Of a stretch of 32,000 nt of DNA, positions 12,669-22,490 are shown piece by piece. This stretch comes from Mycoplasma mobile 163K (GTDB taxonomy: Bacteria; Bacillota_I; Bacilli_A; Mycoplasmatales; Metamycoplasmataceae). The notes beneath the pieces are model-generated. The model worked only from the letters and a program-made list of their open reading frames with translations. It was not told the DNA's origin and ran no database searches. The position numbers and the translations under genes are program-made. The first letter of the stretch is position 1, and each line of letters begins with the position of its first letter. The DNA lies in assembly GCF_000008365.1 (NCBI RefSeq), contig NC_006908.1:150001-182000 (forward strand), written 5' to 3'.

Positions 12669-13739
12669 ATGACAAAAAATTGAAATTTCGAAAATAAGGA
12701 AAATTATTATCCAAATATTGTTCTTTTTCATTTAGGTGATGATGAAACTTTACAAGCTTATGACTTAGATGCAGAAATAAAAGAATATATTAAATATTCA
12801 AGAATTGGTTCAAACAATACTGATGAAGCTTTAATGCAAAAAGGAATAAATGAACTTTTTTTAACATGATTAAAAAAAGATAAAAAAGTTTTAAATTCAA
12901 AAAAGTTTTTTAAACTTAATTCAGATAAACTAAAAGATTACTTGAAAGAAGTTGATATTTCAATTATTATTTCAAAATCCAATGACATTGCTCAAATAAA
13001 TTATTTGACGGCTTTAAATCAATTTATTTTTAAACCTTTAGATATCTTAAGTTTTAATTTTGTATTGAGGACTTCTAATCATAGTAAAAAATCTGAAAAA
13101 GTCCTTAACAGTTCAATAAAACTTTTAAAAAAGCAAACTAGATCTCAAATGATTATTATTGAGGAAAGAGACATTTTAGCATCATTTCAAAATCTGAAAA
13201 TTAGTAATTTAAAAGAATTTATTTCAAAAAATTTCATTAAACTTGTAGATTCTTTAATAAGCCCATTTTTAAGAGTAGTAGAGAATCCTTATTTATTTAA
13301 AAAGTTAAAATATCAAATTTTCACAAATGAAATAAATTCAAATCTTATTTTATCATCTCTAGCAATAAGTAGAAAAACAGAAAACAGGTTAGAGGATTCA
13401 TTAAGAAAAGTTCTTATAAACCCAATCTTTAAATCATCTTTTGAATATTCAAAATTGTTATTAGTTAACATTAAAGGTATTTTTTTAGAAGATAAACATA
13501 AAGAAAAAATTGAAAATAGATTAAAAGAAATTTTAGGGCATGAAAAAGAAATTATTGTAACTTATTTCGATGATAGATATGCAATGGATAGATACACTCA
13601 AATTTCTATTTTTGCATTTTTTGTTGAAAAAACAGGACATACCAACAAAACCACTCAATTGCAAAATAATTTGCTAAATTCTAAAGAAGAATATCAAACA
13701 ATTGTTAATAACTTGACAGAAGAAATTCTTCTAAGATAA
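12669..13739 (+). CDS. p42: P42-like protein (356 aa) translationally coupled to the giant gene; C-terminal half resembles the FtsZ C-terminal domain
   Basis: ATG at 12669 lies 3 nt after the upstream TAA. Two in-frame TGA codons (12681, 12867) join it to track ORF 12942-13739. Its size and position match P42 of the M. mobile gliding operon (from memory). YSKLLLVNIKG...IIVTYFDD...ISIFAFFVE resembles FtsZ G(A)xGVLVNItGG...IIxGxxxD...vtViATG. Confidence 0.7.
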
Positions 13740-13769
13740 AAAAAGTGATAGTTATCTATCACTTTTTTT
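13740..13769. terminator. Bidirectional rho-independent terminator between p42 and the convergent minus-strand cassette
   Basis: Perfect 11-bp stem aaaagtgatag (13741-13751) / ctatcactttt (13756-13766) with loop ttat. It is flanked by an A-run on one side and a T-run on the other. The stop codon of the minus-strand 90-aa ORF lies in the loop. Confidence 0.75.
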
Positions 13770-14024
13770 ATTAAATTTAAAATGCTCATTATAATTATTC
13801 ACAAAATTTTCAAATAAATTGTAAATATTTATGTAAACATTGTCTTCTATTTCGACATTTTTTTCTTTTATTTCGAGATATTTATCACCATTCATTTTTG
13901 TGATTTTAACTAAGAAATTTATGATTTCTTCTTCATTTAATATATCGTCCTTACCTATTTCTATGCTTTCAGACAAATATTTTATGGTATAAATATCTTT
14001 ATTATTTATTAATATTTCTAACAT
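13752..14024 (-). CDS. Small acidic cytoplasmic protein (90 aa), last gene of the 2-TM cassette, unknown function
   Basis: Intact ORF with a strong SD (GAAGGAGAATT-ATG on the minus strand at 14025-14038). No TM segment. Glu/Asp/Asn/Ile rich. Confidence 0.6.
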   Translation of the reverse strand: MLEILINNKDIYTIKYLSESIEIGKDDILNEEEIINFLVKITKMNGDKYLEIKEKNVEIEDNVYINIYNLFENFVNNYNEHFKFNKKSDR

Positions 14025-14078
14025 AATTCTCCTTCAAATTTAAATAACTTAAAAAAAGAATTTTTGTAAAAACTATTA

Positions 14079-14537
14079 TTATTTCCGAATTGCTTCATCA
14101 ATTTTTTCGAATAATTTTAAAAATTGAATATCATCTTTTGCATATTTAGTTTGTGACTTTTTAAATTCGTCCATTTCTTCATTGATCATTTTTATTCTAT
14201 CATTTAAATCTTTATGAAGGTTTTTAAATTCAAAAAAAGCATTCAAACTACTAAAAAATGCAATTGAACCTGTTATAAAGGCAATTGCTATGAAAAAAGG
14301 TCTTGATAACTGATTATTATTAAGTCTAATTGCAAACAAATTTAGTACAACTAACATAGAACTAATTGCAAAAATAGCAATATTTAAAGTTAGAAAAATA
14401 CCATAGCCAACAACATATCTTTTTTTAAAAGTTTTGTATTGCTCTTTTATTTGATTAATTAATTCTTTTCTTGAATATTGACCAATGTCATTTGTTAAAA
14501 AATTTCTAAATTCTTCTTCTTTTTTTCTATGTCTCAT
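14079..14537 (-). CDS. 2-TM membrane protein, SLATT/DUF4231-like, paralog 3 of 3 (152 aa)
   Basis: Basic N-terminal helix (QIKEQYKTFKKRY), two TM helices (VVGYGIFLTLNIAIFAISSMLVVLNLFAI; PFFIAIAFITGSIAFFSSLNAFF), then a charged helical tail (FKNLHKDLNDRIKMINEEMDEFKKSQTKY). Its ATG lies 1 nt after the upstream stop. Confidence 0.7.
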   Translation of the reverse strand: MRHRKKEEEFRNFLTNDIGQYSRKELINQIKEQYKTFKKRYVVGYGIFLTLNIAIFAISSMLVVLNLFAIRLNNNQLSRPFFIAIAFITGSIAFFSSLNAFFEFKNLHKDLNDRIKMINEEMDEFKKSQTKYAKDDIQFLKLFEKIDEAIRK

Positions 14538-14538
14538 T

Positions 14539-15051
14539 TTATATTTCCTTATTAATTTTTATGATTTCTAAAGATTTTTCATATTCTCTTAATCTATTTG
14601 CTTGTTCAAGGATCAAACATACAGTTTCAAATAAAATAATTTCATTTTCTTTAGTATTTTTTGTATATTTACCTGCTCTTAATTCAAATTCCATTTTTTC
14701 AAATTTTAATTGCTTATGAATTTTTCAATTTTTTTTATATGTATCTTTTACAACAAAAAAATTGACAATGCTTGATAAAAATGCACTAACACTAGAAATT
14801 ATTGAGTTTGTAAAAACAAACACATTACTTGGTCCTCCTGCAGGATCTTGGAATGCTAATTTAGCAATATTTAATGTACTTATAATTACAACATTAAATG
14901 TCAATGCAATTATAATAAAATTCAACAAGTAATATAAAAATCTAAAAGAAGAGTAGATTCGAAAGGTTTTGCTTATGTATTTTTTAGTAAATGACCTTAC
15001 ATCTTCTTTTGAAGATAAAATTTTTGATTCTTTATTAGATTGATTAATCAT
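14539..15051 (-). CDS. 2-TM membrane protein, SLATT/DUF4231-like, paralog 2 of 3 (170 aa from ATG 15051; alternative ATGs at 15057 and 15072)
   Basis: Track ORF 14725-15072 ends at TGA. Hand translation continues ...KKNWKIHKQLKFEKMEFELRAGKYTKNTKENEIILFETVCLILEQANRLREYEKSLEIIKINKEI to TAA at 14539-14541. GAGGA lies 5 nt upstream of ATG 15051. Two TM helices are present. Confidence 0.65.
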
Positions 15052-15592
15052 CTTCATCCTCTGAACTTTCATTAATAAAAATCGATTTTAAAACTTTCAA
15101 TGTTTTTGCATTTTTTGGTTTTTTCAAATATATATCATTAATATTTTCAAGTAAAATAGTAATTTTTTCGTAATTATAATTTTCAATATCCATTTTAGAT
15201 TTTATTAAAAGATATTCCAATTCTTGATAAGCTTTTTTAAATTTTTGAAATCTAGATTTAGATTTATAAATTGCTAATACAGTTAACAATATAAATAGAA
15301 AAATTGTAAAAAATACAACTAATGCCGATAAAATAAGTTCCAAACTATTTCCAATATTTGAATCATTTAGAATTACCCCTAATGTAAAAGATGCAAGACC
15401 AAGCAAAACAATGTTTAATAAAAAAATTAGCGTTGAAGTTAAAATCCAAATCAAATGGTTAGCTTTTGATTTAAAATTCAAATTATTTAAGAAAATATCT
15501 ACTTGGTTTTGAATTTTATAAAATTTTTCCTCATTAGAGTCAAGTAAAATAGTCCTTATTATGTTTTTGTTTTTACTAGATTTATCTTTCAT
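15044..15592 (-). CDS. 2-TM membrane protein, SLATT/DUF4231-like, paralog 1 of 3 (182 aa), acidic C-terminal tail SSEDEDD
   Basis: Intact ORF, with an upstream in-frame TAA at 15608-15610. TM helices are LIWILTSTLIFLLNIVLLGLASFTLGVIL and LELILSALVVFFTIFLFILLTVLAIY. The post-TM segment is KSKSRFQKFKKAYQELEYLL. Confidence 0.7.
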   Translation of the reverse strand: MKDKSSKNKNIIRTILLDSNEEKFYKIQNQVDIFLNNLNFKSKANHLIWILTSTLIFLLNIVLLGLASFTLGVILNDSNIGNSLELILSALVVFFTIFLFILLTVLAIYKSKSRFQKFKKAYQELEYLLIKSKMDIENYNYEKITILLENINDIYLKKPKNAKTLKVLKSIFINESSEDEDD

Positions 15593-15682
15593 ATATAATC
15601 AATTATTTTACCAAATTTAAAAGTTTTATTAAATATAAAAAATCAAATTTCATATTCTTAAAAATTAATATTTAAATTAATA

Positions 15683-15688
15683 TATAAT
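15683..15688 (+). promoter_or_regulatory. -10 box TATAAT, 7 nt upstream of ATG 15696 (probable leaderless transcript)
   Basis: The sequence is tataatgtttattATGaaa. No SD is present. The same module occurs at hrcA and argS. Confidence 0.4.
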
Positions 15689-15695
15689 GTTTATT

Positions 15696-16874
15696 ATGAA
15701 AATATTTAAATTTTTAAAAGCCACATCAATTTTTCTATGGATTTCTATTTTTGGATTAATAAGCACTTTTGTTGGAACAATTCTTTATTGATTTTATCTT
15801 TTTCCAACAACTGGACTTAATGTATTTTTATTTAACATTACAAGACCTTTTCCGGATGTAATGTCTTCAATTTTGTTTATTGTTTTTTTTACTTTTTTCT
15901 TGAATTTATTCATTTTAAGTTCTATGTTTTTAGTTGGTTCAATTGATTTTTTCAGAAAAAACTTATTAAATCCTAATAACATTAATTTTAGATATTGAAC
16001 TTTTATTTTTCCTTGAGTATTTAAAAAATTAAAAAGATCTTATTTAATGAGAAATTATTTATTTATAAAGGATTCATTAGAAAGTAAAGATAGAATTGAT
16101 TTTACTTACAAAAATAATAATAATTCTGATTTACCTTTTAGTGATGAAGAGCTTATTTTCAATGAAAATAAAAATCAATCTTATGTTGTGGAACCAATTG
16201 AATATGTGAATGAAGATGAACAAATCTTTAGAACAAATAATGTAAATACTTTTTTTGAAAATAATCAATCAAACACTAACACTTTAGAGTCAAATTATGA
16301 AGATGCATTTTACCAAGATGATTTAGTGGAACCTCAATCATTTAATCAAAATTGAAGAACACAAACATTTAACACAAATCAATTTGAAAATACAAATTCT
16401 TTTAATACAAATACCCAACAAGAAGACACATATTCATATTTATATGCTCAGCCAAATCCTGATGCAGCTACTCAAAGTTTTGGGACTGAATATATGGATA
16501 CATTTGCTAAAAATCAAGAATATAGAAATTATTATGCAAATAACCAAAATCAAAATGTTTCCAACAAAAACACACAGTTTATTTGAAAACATCCAAATTT
16601 GATAAAAGCAAAAAATACAAATACAAACACAATTCCTAAAATTCATGAAATTTATAAAGGGTTTCCTCCTCAAGGTCTTCAAACTAATAACTTTAATCCT
16701 TTTGTTAATCCAAAAACAGGTCAAAGAATTTCTCATCCTTTTTACTCTGATCAAAGAACAAAACAAATGATGATTCAAAAGCAATTGTATACACTAGAAT
16801 TTATGTATAAATCAGGACAAATAAGTCCCTCTGATTACTATGTAAAAAGAAATCAAATTACTAATTTAAAATAG
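15696..16874 (+). CDS. Membrane protein (392 aa): N-terminal TM helices, long N/Q/E-rich low-complexity linker, C-terminal SHOCT-like motif
   Basis: ATG 15696 is in frame with track ORFs 16047-16355 and 16599-16874 through TGA codons at 15789, 15996, 16014, 16353 and 16584. The stop is TAG at 16872. The C-terminus LYTLEFMYKSGQISPSDYYVKRNQITNL resembles the SHOCT consensus (L..L...G.Is.eEy..kk..l). Confidence 0.65.
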
Positions 16875-16900
16875 CTCTTAGCTATTTTTTCTTTTTTTAT
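16868..16900 (+). terminator. Rho-independent terminator
   Basis: Stem aaaatagct / agctatttt with loop ctt, followed by a T-rich run (ttttttcttttttt). Confidence 0.6.
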
Positions 16901-16912
16901 TTTTAGATAATT

Positions 16913-16918
16913 TATAAT
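16913..16918 (+). promoter_or_regulatory. -10 box TATAAT, 6 nt upstream of the hrcA ATG (probable leaderless transcript)
   Basis: The sequence is tataatgtgtatATGaaa, with no SD. Confidence 0.4.
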
Positions 16919-16924
16919 GTGTAT

Positions 16925-17917
16925 ATGAAAGAAAAACGTGATGAAATTTTATTAAAAATAATAGATTTATATATAAAAAGTGGGCAACCTGTTAGTAGCA
17001 AACAATTGATTTCAGAATATAAATTAGCTGTTTCTAGTGCAACAATAAGAAATATCATGGCAGATTTAGAAAATGAAGGTTTTTTGGAAAAAACTCATAC
17101 TTCTAGTGGCAGAATTCCTTCTATTTCTGGATATAAATTTTTTGCTGAACATTCTAAATCAAAAACCAATGAACTACTAGAAAGTAAATTAAAAGAAATT
17201 TTTTCAAAAAGATATCTTTCGATAGACGTTACTCTTGATGAAGCTGCAAAAGCAATTAATGAAATAATAGGACTTACCTTGGTTACATCTTCAAATGTAA
17301 ATACAGAAGTATTAAAATCAATTCAACTTATAGAATTAAACAATTATTCAGCAACAATAATTCTTGTTACATCAACTGGTCAAGTTGCAAATAAAACAAT
17401 TGATTTAACTAATTTCCAAGACATAAAATTAGAAGATGTAAGAATAGCAATTAGATTATTTAAAGAAAGACTTATTAACACATCTTTAATTAACTTAAGA
17501 GAAAAAGCTCTTGCTTTGAAACCTATTTTGTCTAAATACATTAAAAATTACGAGACAATTTTGCAATCCTTTATTGGAAATGTTTTTGAATTTGAAAACA
17601 AAAACCATGTTTATGGGAAATCAAATATAATAAAACAAGAAGGAATCGATCGATTACATTTAACTCAAATTTTAGATTTAATTGAAAATAATAGTATTTG
17701 AAATATGATAGAAAGCAAAGTAGAAGAAGATGAAACTTTAAAAATTGATGTTAGAAATAGCAACATAAGTTTGATTTCCAAAAAAATTTTTGTTAATAAT
17801 ACTACAAAAGAAATTTCAGTAATTGGTTCAAATAGAATGGATTATATAAGCGCTAAATCTGCTATAGCTCTTTTGGAAAGTTTCATAAAACCAAAATTTT
17901 CTAAAAAAAACAATTAA
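16925..17917 (+). CDS. hrcA: Heat-inducible transcription repressor HrcA (330 aa)
   Basis: The N-terminal winged-helix segment LLKIIDLYIKSGQPVSSKQLI...SSATIRNIMADLENEGFLEKTHTSSGRIPS is classic HrcA. One in-frame TGA (17699) joins the two track fragments. Confidence 0.9.
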
Positions 17918-17938
17918 TATTTATTTATAATTAAACTT

Positions 17939-18850
17939 ATGAAAGAAAGACAAACAGATTTTTTTAATTTTGGAGACAAAATAACATTTGATTATACAGC
18001 AAAAGTTACTAAAGATAATTTAGAATGAAGTAAAAAAAATATTTTTCTCACTTTAGGAGAAAATACTTTTTTACCAAATTTTGATTTTCATTTTTTAACT
18101 ATACCTTTTAGTGATAAGTTGATAATCAATTATAAATTTAGTGATTTTTATTTTGATAAAAAATTATCTGGTAAGGAAGTAGAATTTTCAATTCAAATTC
18201 AAAAAAGAGAAGCGAGTTCAGATAAAAATTTACAAAGTAAAAATCTAATTATTGATGCTATCAATGTTCAAAGAGATTTTTCAGAAAAAAATAAATCAAG
18301 TGATAATTTAGAAATTTTAAATAAACAAATTGAAGATAAAAATGATTTAATAATTAATTTAGAAAAAAAAGTTTTTGATTTAACTCTTGAGAACAAAAAA
18401 AACATTGATGATTTTAATGAAAAAGCAAAATCTTTTGCAAAAAAAGCACAAGAAGAATTGGATAAATATAAACTAGAATTAAAATCATTTTTGGAAAATG
18501 AATTTGAAGAGAAGAAAAAATTTTCATTTCAAAAATTATTTGAAAATATTATAAATCCTTTAAATAATTTTAGATTGGCAATTGATGCTGGTTCAAAACA
18601 GGAAAATTCTTCCATTAAGTCATATGTGCAAGGTTTTGAAATGCTTTTAAATCAAACAATAAATATTTTAGAATCTTATGGACTAATAATTATAAGACCA
18701 GAAATAGGAGACACCTTTAACCCTGAAGTTCACAATGCAGTTGAATTAAGAGAAGAAGGAACACCAAATAGAATTTTGAAAATTAACTCACTAGGCTATC
18801 AATTTCATGAAAGAGTTTTAAAACCAGCTTCAGTTATTGTTTCGAAATAA
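17939..18850 (+). CDS. grpE: GrpE nucleotide-exchange factor with an N-terminal, roughly 90-aa trigger-factor-type FKBP-like domain (303 aa)
   Basis: The C-terminus NPLNNFRLAID...GFEMLLNQ...ILESYGL...GDTFNPEVHNAV...GYQFHERVLKPASVIV is GrpE. ATG 17939 is in frame with track ORF 18119 through TGA 18026, with no other stop. Confidence 0.85.
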
Positions 18851-18853
18851 AAA

Positions 18854-18880
18854 TTAGCACTTTTTTATATAGAGTGCTAA
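18854..18880 (+). promoter_or_regulatory. CIRCE operator (HrcA binding site)
   Basis: TTAGCACTT-N9-GAGTGCTAA compared with the consensus TTAGCACTC-N9-GAGTGCTAA, a single mismatch. Confidence 0.9.
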
Positions 18881-18885
18881 TTTTT

Positions 18886-18894
18886 TGTTATAAT
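18886..18894 (+). promoter_or_regulatory. Extended -10 promoter element (TGtTATAAT) for dnaK
   Basis: The element lies immediately downstream of CIRCE. An SD-like GAAAGGA lies 7 nt before ATG 18947. Confidence 0.55.
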
Positions 18895-18904
18895 GATCAT
18901 ATAA

Positions 18905-20752
<1,848 letters not shown>

Positions 20753-20774
20753 TAATCAAAATATTATTTTAAAT

Positions 20775-20808
20775 AAAACAAGACTTATTAAGTCTTGTTT
20801 TATTTTTT
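20775..20808 (+). terminator. Rho-independent terminator after dnaK
   Basis: 12-bp perfect stem aaaacaagactt / aagtcttgtttt with loop att, followed by attttttg. Confidence 0.8.
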
Positions 20809-20827
20809 GAAAAGTTTAAAAAAATTA

Positions 20828-20833
20828 TATAAT
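20828..20833 (+). promoter_or_regulatory. -10 box TATAAT, 8 nt upstream of ATG 20842
   Basis: The sequence is tataattacttgttATG, with no SD. Confidence 0.35.
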
Positions 20834-20841
20834 TACTTGTT

Positions 20842-22458
20842 ATGAAAAAAAATATACAAATTTTACAAAAGAAAATCGGTTTTTGATCTGCTTTAGCTGT
20901 TCTTGTGGGTTCAGTAGTCGGAATAGGAATTTTCTTTAGAAATGGTTCTGTTGCAACAGCAGTTGAATATAATGGAGTAGGATGATTACTTGCTTGAATT
21001 TTAGGAGCGATTATTGCTTTGTTTACAGCAATTTCTTATAGTGAAATTGGCTCTATAATTTCAAAAAAAAGATTTTCAGGTCTTTCGTATTGGGCTACAA
21101 AATTTGGAGGAAGTAAATTTGGTTATTTTGTAAGGTTTAATTTTTCTTTTTTTAACTTGCCTATTATTATTGTAGTTTTAGGTTTTTTTATAAGTGAATT
21201 CTTTTTTTTATTTTTATCTTGATCAGGAGTACCGGGTATAAGTTTAACTTCTAATCCGAATGCTTTAACAACACCTATTTACATTCACGTTTTATTCGGT
21301 ACTTTTTTATCTATTTTGTACATTGTAATTAATAAAATTTCTTTAAAAATTGTTGCAATTCATCAAAATATTGTTACAGTATTGAAATTTGCTCCAATTA
21401 TTTTAGCAATAATTATAGGTTTAGTTTTTGCAAATAAAGCTGGAAATAGTTTTCCTACAAATCCTTCTGAAGCAGGAAATGCTTTCCAAAATTCTAATTT
21501 TAATTTTGGAAATGTCTTGAAATCTTTACCATCTGTTTTATTTGCTTTTGATGCTTTTTTAATTGTTGGATCTCTTTCGAATAAAGTAAAAGGAGGATCA
21601 AAAACAATTTCAAAAGTAGTTATAATTGGAATGATCTTTTCAGCGATTATTTATATTTTACTAACAATAGCTTCAATTTTACATAATGCAAAAAGCATAG
21701 GAGATTTAATTACTAGTGCTATTTCAAATGATGCTGCAAAAGCAATAAATATCTTTTTATTTTTGTTTATTTTTATTTCAGGAATTGGTGTAGTGAATGG
21801 AATAACTTCAGCCTATGTTACTGAAATGGAAAACGGTTCTTATTTGCAAACTTGATTTGGAGCTAAATTTTTAGTTAAAAAAATTGGAAATTATTGAACA
21901 GGAGTGGCATTTACGGCTATATCTTATGTTTTTTGATGATTAATTTTTGTAATACCTGCTTTGATAATGAATTCAGATGAATTATTTGATGCAGCAACTA
22001 ATTTTGTAACAATATTTTTCTTTGGAATTTATGCAATAATAGTTCTACTTTATCTTTTAAAAAGAAAAGAATATGATTCGACTAAAAAAGTTAATAAATA
22101 TTTATTTTACATTGCTTCATGAACTTCAATTATAGGAATTACAATTACTGTTTTCGCACAATATGTTGTAGGAATTCAAGATGCAATTGAACTTGGTTCT
22201 AATTCTGCAGGTTTAGGTGTTTTTGTTAAAACCAATTCCATTAAGAACATTGATTATATAATTATGAATTTTATTTTTTTATCTATTTTTTTTCTTCTAC
22301 CAACAATAAATTTTTTCTTAATAAAATTTTTTGAAAAAAGAAATGCTTTTATAATACAAAAAGAAGAATTTGAAAATTCAGAAATTTTTATTGCAAATAA
22401 TGAAGAAAATAATCAGCTAAAAAGTAAGAAAAAATTCTTTTTTATTAAAAATAAATAA
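20842..22458 (+). CDS. APC-superfamily amino acid permease, paralog 1 (538 aa)
   Basis: Polytopic membrane protein with the N-terminal motif VGSVVGIGIFF. Four track fragments in one frame are joined by TGA codons, including a tandem TGA-TGA at 21934-21939. Confidence 0.7.
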
Positions 22459-22490
22459 GATTTTAAATTTAAACGAAAGGTATTTAAGAA

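Noticed and set aside
12669-13739. Looked for a Walker A / P-loop (GxxxxGK[ST]) in the P42-like protein to explain the reported NTPase activity.
   Set aside because: None is present. The similarity I can see is to the FtsZ C-terminal domain instead.
15601-15690. AT-rich near-palindromes (e.g. aatatttaaatt) in the divergent intergenic region as possible operator sites.
   Set aside because: Only an 8-bp ATTTAAAT palindrome is present, which is expected by chance in a roughly 90% AT spacer.
15794-15982. Minus-strand 62-aa ORF.
   Set aside because: It lies antisense within the table 4 ORF 15696-16874, which has a better promoter and start context and a coherent TM/SHOCT architecture.
16384-16784. 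ORFs 16384-16602 (+) and 16440-16784 (-).
   Set aside because: Both overlap the N/Q-rich linker of the 15696-16874 CDS in other frames or on the other strand. They are chance ORFs from low-complexity sequence.
16875-16924. Searched for a second CIRCE upstream of hrcA.
   Set aside because: No TTAGCAC...GTGCTAA inverted repeat is present. Only the terminator and a TATAAT box are there.
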